Shown: positions 1-10,679 of the stretch, piece after piece
Layout: each line of letters opens with the position of its first letter
How positions within the stretch are numbered: position 1 is the stretch's first letter
NCBI GenBank assembly: GCA_963727775.1
Contig: CAVSHB010000004.1
Coordinates: forward strand, 256,001 to 320,000
Reading direction: 5' to 3'
Length of the DNA: 64,000 nt
Origin: an uncultured Nitrospiraceae bacterium
GTDB taxonomy: Bacteria; Nitrospirota; Thermodesulfovibrionia; Thermodesulfovibrionales; SM23-35
Notes under the pieces: model-generated
What the model was told of the DNA's origin: nothing
The model's database searches: none
Seen by the model: only the letters and a program-made list of their open reading frames with translations
Translations under genes and position numbers: made by a program

Positions 1-576
1 CAGTCCTCGCTGGGCAACGAGTATCTGCTGATACTGGCTGCGCTGATCACCGTTTATATTGTGCTCGGGGTGCTGTACGAAAGTTACATTCATCCTATTA
101 CTATCCTGTCAACGTTGCCGTCGGCCGGCGTCGGTGCGCTTCTCGCGCTGTTGATATGTCGCACGGAATTCAGCGTTATTGCATTGATCGGCATCATTCT
201 TCTGATCGGCATTGTGAAAAAGAACGGCATTATGATAGTCGACTTTGCCCTCGATGCAGAACGCAGGGAAAGGAAAAGCCCGGTTGATGCAATCTATCAG
301 GCGTGTCTTTTGAGGTTCCGGCCGATCATGATGACCACGATGTCCGCTCTCCTGGCGGCGCTTCCTTTGGCCTTGGGCACAGGGATGGGTTCAGAGTTGC
401 GTAGGCCGCTTGGTATCTCTATCATCGGCGGGTTGATCTTCAGCCAGATGCTTACACTCTATACAACGCCCGTCATTTATCTTTGGTTCGACCGGTTGGC
501 GAGACGACTCGGCAAGGTACGCTCCGAAAATTCCGATGACGTTTCAGGTGATCGCGATGGGCAGGCAGGCTCTTAA
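1..576 (+). CDS. mdtB: RND efflux permease, MdtB-like (3' part; begins before window)
   Basis: Frame open from base 1 ([15 protein letters not shown]...). AcrB-type C-terminal TM motifs [14 protein letters not shown] and RFRPIMMTT. Overlaps next RND gene via TAATG. Confidence 0.8.
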   Translation, partial: QSSLGNEYLLILAALITVYIVLGVLYESYIHPITILSTLPSAGVGALLALLICRTEFSVIALIGIILLIGIVKKNGIMIVDFALDAERRERKSPVDAIYQACLLRFRPIMMTTMSALLAALPLALGTGMGSELRRPLGISIIGGLIFSQMLTLYTTPVIYLWFDRLARRLGKVRSENSDDVSGDRDGQAGS

Positions 577-3500
577 TGAATATCTCGGCGCCCTTCATTA
601 AGAGGCCTGTCGCCACAACCCTCCTGACTGTCGGAATGGTCCTCGCCGGGATCGTTGCCGTCCGCTTACTGCCCGTAGCTCCGCTGCCTCAGGTCGACTT
701 TCCGACAATCTCTGTATCCGCGACGCTGCCGGGAGCGAGCCCCGAGACCATGGCGACATCCGTTGCGGCTCCGCTTGAACGCCAGTTTGCCCACATTGCA
801 GGTGTGACCGAAATGACGTCAACGAGCAGCCTTGGAGCAACTTCCATCACCCTGCAGTTCGAATTGAGCCGCAATATCGACGGCGCTGCCCGAGATGTCC
901 AGGCGGCAATCAATGCAGCGCGAGATTATTTGCCGGCTGCCCTTCCGAGCAATCCGACATACCGAAAAGTCAATCCTGCTGATGCCCCGATTCTCATTTT
1001 AGCTCTCACCTCAGACACGGTGAGCAAAGCGCGGATGTACGATGCCGCCTCGACAATCCTTCAGCAGAAGCTTTCGCAGATCGACGGCGTCGGCCAGGTG
1101 ATAGTGGGCGGCAGCTCGCTGCCTGCAGTCCGCGTGGAGCTGAATCCTACGGCGCTGAACAAATACGGCCTCGGTCTTGATGATGTGAGTACCGCCTTAA
1201 GCAGCACTAATGCAAACCGACCCAAGGGACAATTAGCGGACGGGACCAGGACATGGGAGATTACGACTAACGATCAAATGTACAAGGCCGAAGAGTATAA
1301 GCCCGTTATTGTCGCCTACCGGTCCGGGGCGGCGGTCCGACTTTCGGACGTTGCTGACGTACAGGATTCGGTGGAGGACATTCGCAATGCAGGACTCGTT
1401 AACGGCCGACCATCCGTGCTCTTGATTCTCTTCCGGCAGCCCGGAGCAAATATCATAGAGACTGTCGACCGTATCACGGGCCTGCTCCCTCAGTTGGAGG
1501 CGTCTATCCCGGGCGCTGTCAGACTTTCGGTCGTTCTGGACCGGACCACAACTATCCGGGCCTCACTGAAACACGTGGAGTATACGCTTGTTGTCGCGGG
1601 CATACTCGTGATTTTGGTGGTCTTCGTTTTTCTCCGAAATATACGGGCTACGCTCATCCCTGCTGTTGCAGTTCCCGTATCGCTTATCAGCACCTTCGGG
1701 GTGATGTACCTCTTCAGGTACAGCCTCGATAACCTGTCCCTCATGGCGCTGACTATCGCGACAGGCTTTGTCGTCGATGACGCCATCGTTGTCCTTGAAA
1801 ACATCACCCGTCATCTTGAACAGGGCGTTCCTGCCCGGCAGGCTGCCTTCCTGGGCGCGCGGGAGATCGGCTTTACCGTGCTCTCGATCAGCATTTCGCT
1901 CGTGGCGGTTTTCATACCCATATTGATGATGGGCGGGATGCTGGGCCGCCTGTTCAGGGAGTTCGCTGTGACCCTTTCAGCGGCAATCCTGATCTCACTT
2001 GTGGTATCGCTTACCACAACGCCCATGATGTGCGCGGCGCTCCTGAAGCCTGAGACAGCCCGTTCCCACGGTCGGCTGTATAGGGCGGCGGAAAGGGTAT
2101 TCGACTGGATGCACTGCAGTTACGAGAAAAGTCTGTCATGGGCCCTGCGTCACCCCCGATTCATGCTCACCCTGACATTGATAACCATAGTGATCAACAT
2201 TTTCCTGTTTATCGTCGTGCCGAAGGGATTTTTCCCTCAGCAGGACACCGGACGTCTGACAGGGTCTATCCAGGCTGCTCAAGATATATCTTTTCAGGCC
2301 ATGAAGGAGAAACTGGCGGCGATTGTGGACATTATTAAAGACGATCCTGCCGTGGACAACGTGATAGGGTTCACCGGCGGAGGCGGAGGCGGTGTAACAA
2401 GGAACAGCGCCCGCATGTTCATCGCGCTCAAGCCGCTGGAAGAACGGAAGCTCAGCGCAGACCAGGTGATTGCCCGACTGCGCAAGAAACTCGTCAGCGT
2501 ACCGGGTGCGCCGGCCTTTCTTCAGGCTGTGCAGGATGTGCGCGTAGGAGGGAGAATAAGCGCGGCGCAATATCAGTATACGCTTCAGGGAGACAACCTG
2601 AGAGAGCTGATGACGTGGGCGCCGCAGGTCGAACAGAAATTGCGCGCCTTGCCCGGCGTAGTCGATGTGAACAGCGATCAGCAGGACAAGGGGATGCAGT
2701 CAACAGTAGTGGTCGATCGGGGCACCGCATCACGGCTGGGCATAACCTCACAGATGATCGATAATACCCTGTACAGCGCCTTCGGCCAGAGCCAGGTCTC
2801 GATCATGTATACATTGTTGAACCAGTACCATGTGGTTATGGAGGTGGAGCCCCGGTTCTGGCAGCGTCCCGAAACTCTCAGGGATATTTACGCACATTCT
2901 TCGAGCGGAGCGCTGGTCCCGCTGAGCACATTCACCCGTTACGAGCCGACCACTACCGCGCTTGCGATAGGCCATCAGGGACAGTTTCCATCGGTGACCT
3001 TGTCGTTCAATCTGGCGCCGGGAGCGGCGCTAGGGGACGCGGTGAAGAAGATCGAGACGACCACCCGGCAGATGGGTCTGCCTGCAAGTATCGGGGGCAG
3101 TTTCCAGGGCACAGCCCAGGTCTTCCAGGCTTCCCTTGCGAGCGAACCGCTGTTGATTCTGGCGGCCCTGATCTCGGTCTATATCGTGCTCGGCGTGTTA
3201 TATGAAAGCTACATCCATCCTATTACTATCTTGTCCACGCTGCCCTCGGCCGGTGTTGGCGCGATTCTCGCGCTGTTGATCTCCCGCACAGAGCTGAGCG
3301 TTATTGCGATGATCGGGATTATTCTCCTTATCGGTATCGTCAAAAAGAACGGCATTATGATGGTCGACTTCGCCCTGGATGCGGAACGCAGAGAGGGAAA
3401 GAATTCCGTTGACGCGATCTATCAGGCCTGCCTCTTGAGATTTCGTCCGATCATGATGACGACAATGTCGGCCCTGCTGGGGGCCGTGCCTCTGGCTGTG

Positions 3501-3701
3501 GGGTTTGGCGTCGGGGGAGAGCTTCGGCGTCCGCTCGGTATCGCTATTGTCGGTGGGCTGATCTTCAGCCAGATGCTCACTCTCTACACGACCCCGGTGG
3601 TATACCTCTACCTTGACAGGTTCAGGCTTTGGCTGGAAAGCAAGAGAAGAAACATACGATGGGCCGTACGTGACATTGCTTCCGGACCGAGGGGAATGTG
3701 A
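576..3701 (+). CDS. mdtC: RND efflux permease, MdtC-like
   Basis: 1041 aa with [18 protein letters not shown]-terminus, GFVVDDAIVVLEN and RFRPIMMTT motifs; second of a tandem RND pair. Confidence 0.85.
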   Translation: MNISAPFIKRPVATTLLTVGMVLAGIVAVRLLPVAPLPQVDFPTISVSATLPGASPETMATSVAAPLERQFAHIAGVTEMTSTSSLGATSITLQFELSRNIDGAARDVQAAINAARDYLPAALPSNPTYRKVNPADAPILILALTSDTVSKARMYDAASTILQQKLSQIDGVGQVIVGGSSLPAVRVELNPTALNKYGLGLDDVSTALSSTNANRPKGQLADGTRTWEITTNDQMYKAEEYKPVIVAYRSGAAVRLSDVADVQDSVEDIRNAGLVNGRPSVLLILFRQPGANIIETVDRITGLLPQLEASIPGAVRLSVVLDRTTTIRASLKHVEYTLVVAGILVILVVFVFLRNIRATLIPAVAVPVSLISTFGVMYLFRYSLDNLSLMALTIATGFVVDDAIVVLENITRHLEQGVPARQAAFLGAREIGFTVLSISISLVAVFIPILMMGGMLGRLFREFAVTLSAAILISLVVSLTTTPMMCAALLKPETARSHGRLYRAAERVFDWMHCSYEKSLSWALRHPRFMLTLTLITIVINIFLFIVVPKGFFPQQDTGRLTGSIQAAQDISFQAMKEKLAAIVDIIKDDPAVDNVIGFTGGGGGGVTRNSARMFIALKPLEERKLSADQVIARLRKKLVSVPGAPAFLQAVQDVRVGGRISAAQYQYTLQGDNLRELMTWAPQVEQKLRALPGVVDVNSDQQDKGMQSTVVVDRGTASRLGITSQMIDNTLYSAFGQSQVSIMYTLLNQYHVVMEVEPRFWQRPETLRDIYAHSSSGALVPLSTFTRYEPTTTALAIGHQGQFPSVTLSFNLAPGAALGDAVKKIETTTRQMGLPASIGGSFQGTAQVFQASLASEPLLILAALISVYIVLGVLYESYIHPITILSTLPSAGVGAILALLISRTELSVIAMIGIILLIGIVKKNGIMMVDFALDAERREGKNSVDAIYQACLLRFRPIMMTTMSALLGAVPLAVGFGVGGELRRPLGIAIVGGLIFSQMLTLYTTPVVYLYLDRFRLWLESKRRNIRWAVRDIASGPRGM

Positions 3702-3747
3702 CGTTGAACAATACACAACTACCGATAAAAAACGGAAAGGATAATAT

Positions 3748-5268
3748 ATGTTTTTTTTCCTGAGGAAAGTTTGTAGAGTATGCCGGAAGTCGCGCAGTCT
3801 TGCTCTCCCGTTGGTTACAGGCGCGCTTATGCTCTTGACCGCGTGTACGGTCGTCCCGAATTATGTGAGGCCGGAGACCGAAACTCCCGACACCTACAAG
3901 GAAACGGAAGGCTGGAAAAAGGCTCAGCCGGGCGATAACATTATCAAGGGAAAGTGGTGGGAGATCTTTAATGATTCTGAGCTGAACGCACTTGAGGACA
4001 AGGTCAACATCTCTAACCAGAATGTGGCAGCGGCTGAAGCGCAGTTTCGCCAGGCCCTCGCTGCGGTCCGGGCTGCACGATCCGGTTATTTTCCGACAGT
4101 AACTGCGGATGCCTCCTTTACCCGGTCGCGTCAGCCCATAGGAGCAGGCGGCACATCAATATCCGGGGGCACGACGTCTGACTTCCTGTTGACCGGCGGC
4201 GCTGCTTGGGAACCTGACCTCTGGGGAAAGATACGCCGTACGGTTGAGGCAGGCGAAATGGGAGCGCAGGCAAGCGCGGCCAATCTCGAAGCGGTCCGCC
4301 TCAGTATGCAGGCGACTCTGGCGCAGGATTATTTTCAGCTCCGTACCTTGGATGCGCAGAAACGGCTTCTCGCTGAGACGGTCGCCGCCTACCAAAAAAC
4401 TCTGGAATTGACGAAGAACCTTTACGCTGGCGGCGTCGCTTCAAGGGCAGATGTGCTCCAGGCAGAAACGCAACTCAAGACTAGCCAGGCACAGGCGATC
4501 GATGTAGGGGTACAGCGTTCACAAACGGAACATGCAATCGCCCTTCTTATTGGGAAACCTGCGTCGACTTTTTCGAGTACAGTTGCTCCGCTTAATTCAG
4601 CGCCGCCGCCGATACCGGTCGGGGTTCCCTCTGAGCTGTTGGAGAGAAGACCGGATATTGCGGCAGTCGAGCGTCTCGTAGCGTCTGCCAATGCCCAGAT
4701 CGGGGTAGCGGAGGCCGCATATTATCCAACGCTGACGCTGACGGCATCCGGCGGCTTTGAAGGATCTCGCCTGTCAAATTGGCTGTCATGGCCGAACCGC
4801 TTGTGGTCGATCGGGTCCGCAATCGCGGAGACCTTGTTTGACGCCGGGTTGAGAAGGGCAATGACAGATGAGGCACGTGCAGCCTATGATGCCACTGTGG
4901 CGTCCTATCGTCAAACTGTACTTACCGCGTTCCAGGAGGTGGAAGATAATCTTGCCGCTCTTCGTATACTTGAGGAAGAAGCCCGGGTCCAGGAGGAAGC
5001 GGTGAATGCCTCTCAGAAATCGTTAGAGGTCACGCTGAACCAATATAAGGCTGGGACTGTCAGCTATCTGAACGTGATAGTCGCGCAGACCACGAAACTG
5101 AACAATGAGAGGACGGCGGTCGACATTTCGGGCCGCCGAATGGCCGCCAGTACCCTTCTCATAAAAGCTCTCGGCGGCGGCTGGAACGAATCCGCCATAC
5201 TTTCGACCATTGACACCGGCAGCAAAGAAACTGTGCATCAGCCTGCCGGTAATATCAATGTTCCGTGA
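3748..5268 (+). CDS. Outer membrane efflux lipoprotein (NodT/TolC family)
   Basis: Lipobox LLTAC, WEPDLWG, PSELLERRPDIA, C-terminal ALGGGW. Confidence 0.9.
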   Translation: MFFFLRKVCRVCRKSRSLALPLVTGALMLLTACTVVPNYVRPETETPDTYKETEGWKKAQPGDNIIKGKWWEIFNDSELNALEDKVNISNQNVAAAEAQFRQALAAVRAARSGYFPTVTADASFTRSRQPIGAGGTSISGGTTSDFLLTGGAAWEPDLWGKIRRTVEAGEMGAQASAANLEAVRLSMQATLAQDYFQLRTLDAQKRLLAETVAAYQKTLELTKNLYAGGVASRADVLQAETQLKTSQAQAIDVGVQRSQTEHAIALLIGKPASTFSSTVAPLNSAPPPIPVGVPSELLERRPDIAAVERLVASANAQIGVAEAAYYPTLTLTASGGFEGSRLSNWLSWPNRLWSIGSAIAETLFDAGLRRAMTDEARAAYDATVASYRQTVLTAFQEVEDNLAALRILEEEARVQEEAVNASQKSLEVTLNQYKAGTVSYLNVIVAQTTKLNNERTAVDISGRRMAASTLLIKALGGGWNESAILSTIDTGSKETVHQPAGNINVP

Positions 5269-5508
5269 TGGATGCTAAGGCAGTAATGAATTTTGTATTC
5301 TTCTTCCAAATACCAACGAGTACTGAGGGAGGAGGCATTGTGCTAATTCGTTGCGGTTCCGGGTAAATCAAATGTGATGTGCCCTGATGAAAGCGATAGT
5401 GCTGTTTGTTTCTTTTCGAATAGATGCTTAAATGAGGCGATTGGAACCCTATGCCTTATAATGTTCACCGATCTAAAAAGATCATTATAAAAGGAGAAAG
5501 AAAGGAGT

Positions 5509-6486
5509 ATGGAAAACATGAAAAGGTCACTGTACAGAAAGATCATACCTGTTGTCATTGGTTTCCTTTTGATGCCGGCGCTGATTTATGCACAATCTGA
5601 GCAGACAGCAGCAAACACCCCTCCGGTAGAACAGCCCCTTGTCCGTGAAGGTGACTTTGCGGTAGAACTTGTCTTCTCATTTGCTTTAGGCACTACTGCC
5701 GATGACGTTGAAGCAGAGAATCTCTTAAGTGCAAATGGAATTACGCCACGAAACGGATGGATTGCCGATTACCCGGTTACACCCGATATCGTTGGTGAGA
5801 TTTGGGATTCAATAAGTACCGCTGTGGATTCGAAAAAGCTGTCAATGAATCGGGATGAGGCTGCAAAGAGATACCAGCAAGCGAAAGCAGATGTCGGGCT
5901 GGACATGAGACCTTATGCATCCGGTGAAACACATGAACTGAACCCGAGTTCGAACTATCCTGACAATACGGTGATAAACAACTATTACTACAACCAGGGG
6001 CCTCCGGTAGTCACATACTTCGCTCCTCCGCCGGATTACTATTACCTGTATTCGTGGGTCCCCTATCCATTCTGGTGGTATGATTTCTGGTTCCCCGGAT
6101 ATTTCATTCTGAATGACTTCCACAGAGTTGTACACTTTCGCAATAGAACCGAGTTCATCTCCAATCATTTCAACGATGCCGGACATCACAGGGTTTTTAG
6201 AATAGATCCTTTAGACCGGTTCCATGGAAGGACTCTTGCAGGCATAGGCGCTCCAAGGAAAGGAAATTTCATTTCTTCCGGAGTCAAAAACGGATCCAGA
6301 TCTATTTTTAATCGTAACAGGATTAGCCCGCCTTCAAGTGGGAGGTCTCTCGGAACTCCTTCAGTAGGCAGATCGTTCAATGCGCCATCGGGCGGCGGTT
6401 CACCCAGACCTTCATCAGGTGGCAGGTCATCCGGTAAACCTTCTGGTGGCAAGCCAGGTTCTGTCGACCGCGACCAGAGGAGATAA
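5509..6486 (+). CDS. Secreted hypothetical protein (paralogue of 15490..16560)
   Basis: RBS AAGGAG, signal peptide, Tyr/Pro/Trp-rich middle region, Gly/Ser-rich tail. Confidence 0.75.
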   Translation: MENMKRSLYRKIIPVVIGFLLMPALIYAQSEQTAANTPPVEQPLVREGDFAVELVFSFALGTTADDVEAENLLSANGITPRNGWIADYPVTPDIVGEIWDSISTAVDSKKLSMNRDEAAKRYQQAKADVGLDMRPYASGETHELNPSSNYPDNTVINNYYYNQGPPVVTYFAPPPDYYYLYSWVPYPFWWYDFWFPGYFILNDFHRVVHFRNRTEFISNHFNDAGHHRVFRIDPLDRFHGRTLAGIGAPRKGNFISSGVKNGSRSIFNRNRISPPSSGRSLGTPSVGRSFNAPSGGGSPRPSSGGRSSGKPSGGKPGSVDRDQRR

Positions 6487-6509
6487 ATCCCTTATCCACT
6501 AAGCTGACG

Positions 6510-6549
6510 GTGTCTGATATGCTTTATGCACAAAAAGCATATCAGACAC
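6510..6549. terminator. 16-bp perfect inverted repeat, probable terminator/stabiliser
   Basis: GTGTCTGATATGCTTT ... AAAGCATATCAGACAC just after the 6486 stop. Confidence 0.55.
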
Positions 6550-6684
6550 TCCCCAGTTGATACCGCTGGATTTGGGTACTATTAGACTATGCGAAAGTAT
6601 ACTGAAAATTTTATTGGTTCCGTTAGGTACGATCTTCATACGGCGGAACATGTGCTTGAGATTGGGAGATACATATATGTTTGG

Positions 6685-6713
6685 TTGTAACCTCCTGCTC
6701 CTTTTCGTCGTCT
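6685..6713 (+). promoter_or_regulatory. Candidate ECF-sigma promoter
   Basis: TTGTAACC-N16-CGTCT, the same motif and spacing as at 21383..21411. Confidence 0.6.
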
Positions 6714-6743
6714 TAAATTTATAAAAGCAAAGAAGGAGGTTAA

Positions 6744-7232
6744 ATCAGGAAGAAAGGTATCATAGCCCTTACGGTCCTGGCAGTTTTATTGGCTGTAATG
6801 GTTGCCGTTGGAGTCTCCAACTCAGAGGCTGCTCATTTTGGTCACAGATCCGGCGCTGATCTAAAACTAATGTCCTCGCTTGCTCTCGATGATACGGAGC
6901 AGACAGCTCTGAAGACTGCTGTGTCTACTTATGGACCCGCTGTCAAAACAGCAATGCAGAATTTCCATGCAGCTAAGAAGCAGCTGAATATGGATCTTAA
7001 GGCAACAACACCGGACGGCTCTAAACTCTCTGCTGATGCTGCTACAGTTGCCGGCGCAAAGGCCCAGCTAAAAGCTGCACGTACACAATTGAATAGTGCG
7101 TTATCTGCAGCACTTACACCGGCTCATTTGCAGCAGCTTCAGGCTCAGCTGACAGCGGAGTTTCAGAAAAGGTTAGATGCTAAGACCAGTCGTCTCCTGT
7201 TTGAATACACACGGCATCTTGAGAAACAGTAA
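6744..7232 (+). CDS. Spy/CpxP-like periplasmic helical protein; start codon reads ATC
   Basis: AAGGAGG then ATC-RKKGIIALTVLAVLLAV signal peptide, in frame with ORF 6789..7232. LTPAHLQQL resembles the LTXXQ motif. Confidence 0.55.
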   Translation: MRKKGIIALTVLAVLLAVMVAVGVSNSEAAHFGHRSGADLKLMSSLALDDTEQTALKTAVSTYGPAVKTAMQNFHAAKKQLNMDLKATTPDGSKLSADAATVAGAKAQLKAARTQLNSALSAALTPAHLQQLQAQLTAEFQKRLDAKTSRLLFEYTRHLEKQ

Positions 7233-7266
7233 ATACGGTTAGAATGGCTACGAAATGAATGCTCCC

Positions 7267-7362
7267 ATGGAGGTGATAACAGATGAACGTCTCATCGAAG
7301 CGACCATATCCGGCGACGATGAGGCGTTCAGCGAACTGGTACGGCGGCACAAACTAAAATAA
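7267..7362 (+). pseudogene. N-terminal fragment of ECF (RpoE-like) sigma factor
   Basis: Translates MEVITDERLIEATISGDDEAFSELVRRHKLK*, a typical ECF N-terminus, then stops. Confidence 0.7.
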
Positions 7363-7382
7363 ATAGTCTGCCTTATTTTCCG

Positions 7383-7415
7383 GGCAGCCAGTCTCCCCCC
7401 TATCGACTGGCTGCC
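7383..7415. terminator. GC-rich 11-bp hairpin
   Basis: GGCAGCCAGTC ... GACTGGCTGCC; no clear U-tract. Confidence 0.4.
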
Positions 7416-7508
7416 ACCTCCAAAAGGTCGTGTTTGTAAGTCTTGTGAAGACGAAGCGGGATAACAAGTGATGCAGATTGAACCTATCGGTTCAAGGAGA
7501 GGTCTATC

Positions 7509-7874
7509 ATGGCAGTTATACTTGTTGTGGATGACGACCCCTTACAGAGAAATATATTAAAAGTGATCCTGTCTGATGAAGGATACGAGACGCATGCTAT
7601 GTCATCAGGTGAAGAAACATTGAGAGTTGCAAAGACATTAAAGCCTGACATCGTCTTGACAGATCTTTGGATGGATAATATGGATGGGATAGAACTTATG
7701 AAGAAGCTTAGATCCAAAATGCATGTTCCGGCAGTAATTATCGTGTCTGCTGTCGGTGACATAATTGCAGTAAAGGAAGCAGTGGAAAGGGGAGAATGCA
7801 TGTACCTCGAAAAACCTCTTTATAAGGATAAGGTTCTGTTGAATATAAAGCAGGCCTTGGGTTCAGACGGATAA
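7509..7874 (+). CDS. Single-domain response regulator (receiver)
   Basis: ILVVDDD, DLWMDNMDG (phospho-Asp), YLEKP. Confidence 0.85.
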   Translation: MAVILVVDDDPLQRNILKVILSDEGYETHAMSSGEETLRVAKTLKPDIVLTDLWMDNMDGIELMKKLRSKMHVPAVIIVSAVGDIIAVKEAVERGECMYLEKPLYKDKVLLNIKQALGSDG

Positions 7875-7973
7875 AGGATACGCTTTAATCCATAATGCTA
7901 TCGGGAAATAGAAGTAAACACAGCTCTATAAAAATTTTTAAAAACAGAATTGTCAGCAATCTGGGAGGCGAGT

Positions 7974-9119
7974 ATGAATAAAATTTCGTCATTGTCGTTT
8001 CGCACCCATATGAAACAACAATCGGATCGGAAATCGATAAAACCCTCTGCCAATCCCATCGAACTCTTATTCCTTGTTATTACATTGATATTCTTGACAG
8101 AAGCAATTATTGTGCTTTTTCTTGAAATATTTCCAATTTTGCCGCACCTCACAAAAGTTCAGGGGGCATTGCTTGATGCGTTATTCTTGTCTGCCGTAAC
8201 ATTCTCATTTTTTTATTTTTTTATAGTAAAGCCGATGAGTTTACACGTTACCGAACTCAAAAGGGCTGAAGAGTATCTTCAAACGTCCAACGCCGAGATA
8301 CAGGATCTATACAATAACGCCCCCTGCGGGTATCACTCATTGGATAAGGATGGCGTATTTGTGCGCATAAATGACACTGAACTCAGATGGCTCGGATACT
8401 CGCGAAATGAAATCATCGGGAAGAAGCTTACTGATATTGTAACCCCTAAGAGTTCGGAAAGTTTTAAAGAGAATCATCAAAAATTCAAGAAGCAGGGATT
8501 GATGAAGGATCTCGAGTTCGAGATGATATGCAAAGACGGCAGACTTCTGCCCGTACTTCTGAGTGCAACCGCAGTGAAAGACGTTGACGGTAGTTTCCTG
8601 ATGAGCCGTGCCACCGTATATGATATTACCGACCGGAAACGGTCCGACAAAAAATTAATGAAATTGACGGATGAATTGAGAAGGTCAAATACTGATCTGC
8701 AACAATTTGCCCTTGCTGCGTCTCACGACTTACAGTCGCCTTTGCGCGTAACTGCCGGATTTGCCAATCTGCTGGCAAAACGTTATAAAGAAAAACTCGA
8801 TGAAGAAGCCAATGAGTTTATTGGAATAGATCCAATGAATAGGGAAAAAATATTTGTTATTTTTCAGCGCCTCCACGCTGCGGAAGAATATGAGGGGACA
8901 GGTATAGGATTAGCGCTTTGCAAGAGGATCGTAGAATGTCACGGCGGAAGGATATGGGTCGAGTCCGAGCCTGGAAAAGGGTCTGTATTCTATTTCACCA
9001 TCCCATACAGAAAATACCATATAAATTATTCTCCTTCGGGAAGATGGTTTTCTAAAGATACAATCGGACAAGAAAAAAAGAAAGAAGTTTCAGTAGGCCG
9101 GGGGAACTATTGGCCATAA
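7974..9119 (+). pseudogene. Membrane PAS histidine kinase with apparent in-frame internal deletion
   Basis: Two TM segments, PAS, H-box SHDLQSPL, then a jump to GIDP...GTGIGL. No N-box or DxG (G1) motif. Confidence 0.7.
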
Positions 9120-9173
9120 GAAGTTTGTGGTTATTGATGGTTATGCTAATATTTTCTTAAAAGGAGGGTCAAG

Positions 9174-9401
9174 TTGAAATTATATGACGAAATAGCAAGG
9201 ATAGCATATGACCTTTATGAGAAAACCGGGAGAATGGATGGCCGCGAACTCGACAATTGGCTCGAAGCGGAGAGAGTCGTGATGTCATTGCATGCAGAAC
9301 AAGAAAAACTTGAACACGGATTGCCTATTGCCGTCAAAAAAAAGAAATCGGTGAAGAAAGCAATAAAAACAGAAAAAAGGACAAGAAATACAAGGAATTA
9401 A
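9174..9401 (+). CDS. DUF2934-like small protein
   Basis: IARIAYDLYEKTGRMDGRELDNWLEAER matches the family pattern; RBS AGGAGG. Confidence 0.75.
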   Translation: MKLYDEIARIAYDLYEKTGRMDGRELDNWLEAERVVMSLHAEQEKLEHGLPIAVKKKKSVKKAIKTEKRTRNTRN

Positions 9402-9541
9402 GTACAGTCTTCTTTTAAACGAGTTGTGATTATTCTGTTTTTTGGTATTATTATGAAGGTTAGGCGTGATATTCCTCAAGGAAAATTATGAGGGCAACCG
9501 CCTGACACGAGGAAATACGAGGATTAAAAAAGAGGCCGGCT

Positions 9542-10678
9542 GTGAGTGGAATCCTGAAAATAGCATATAAACTATTAGTAAACGACAAAGGCAAATTCGC
9601 TGCTTTGCTTGTCGGGATAACCTTTGCGGTCTTTTTGATGGTCATGATGACATCGATGTTTGCCGGTATCCTGCAGAGAGCATCTTCCACCGTCGGAAAT
9701 GTAGGGGCCAAAGTGTGGGTAATGGATCCTGCGGTAAATACGCCGGCGAGCAGCATCCCGATGCCGGATTACATTTTGGACGCTGTGCGAAGCATAAACG
9801 GTGTCAAATACGCAGTGCCTTTGTATTCCGGTGCGGCCCTTGCAAAACTCAGTAGCGGTGTCTATCAGGCGGTAACTGTGATAGGGCTTGACGATGCCAG
9901 CCTGTTCGGAAGGCCTAATCTCCTTCAGGGACACATTGAGGACATCTATGCCGAAAACTCATTTATTGTGGTCAAGGATTCGGAATACCCCAAACTTGGA
10001 AACCCCAAGCTCGGTACAGAATTTGAAATAAACGACAATAGGGGGGTTATTGTCGGTATCGCCCAGGTTACTGTCGGCTCGCTGTTCGGAACTCCTACCT
10101 TATATACCACATACAATAGAGCCATTCAGTATATTCCTTCGACGAGGTTTACCATCTCGTATGTCCTTATAGAACCCAAGAACATCGAAGCCCTGCCCTA
10201 CATTAAACAGCAGATAAAATCGCTCGGGTATGAAGCCCTTACAAAGGATGAATTCATCCGGAAAATTTCTAGTTATTATAAATACCAAACAGGTCTCGGC
10301 ACTAATGTGTTATTGATGACGGTAATAAGTTTTATCGTAGGGTTATCAATTTCGGGGCAGACCTTTTATACTTTCATATTGGAGAACCTTGATAAATTCG
10401 GGGCGTTAAAAGCGATAGGAGCAAAGGGGAAGGAACTCATCTATATGATATTATTCCAGGCGACTTTTACGGCCCTCACCGGCTATGGCATGGGTATCGG
10501 CTTAGCCTCCCTCATAATAATCCTGGCGAAACTCAGGTTGCCAAGCTATGCCGCTATTATAACCTATACAAATCTCGGCTTTGCTTTTGTCATGGTACTG
10601 ATAATAGCCGGTATTTCAAGTTATATCGGGATCAGAAAGGTGATCAGGATAGAGCCTTTCGATATTTTCAGAGGCTGA
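9542..10678 (+). CDS. ABC exporter permease (DevC/FtsX-like)
   Basis: N-terminal TM, periplasmic domain, FGALKAIGA, three C-terminal TMs. Confidence 0.85.
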   Translation: MSGILKIAYKLLVNDKGKFAALLVGITFAVFLMVMMTSMFAGILQRASSTVGNVGAKVWVMDPAVNTPASSIPMPDYILDAVRSINGVKYAVPLYSGAALAKLSSGVYQAVTVIGLDDASLFGRPNLLQGHIEDIYAENSFIVVKDSEYPKLGNPKLGTEFEINDNRGVIVGIAQVTVGSLFGTPTLYTTYNRAIQYIPSTRFTISYVLIEPKNIEALPYIKQQIKSLGYEALTKDEFIRKISSYYKYQTGLGTNVLLMTVISFIVGLSISGQTFYTFILENLDKFGALKAIGAKGKELIYMILFQATFTALTGYGMGIGLASLIIILAKLRLPSYAAIITYTNLGFAFVMVLIIAGISSYIGIRKVIRIEPFDIFRG

Positions 10679-10679
10679 G

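Noticed and set aside
61..3620. Strong similarity between about 61-490 and 3187-3620
   Set aside because: Expected paralogy of MdtB and MdtC C-termini, not a mobile repeat.
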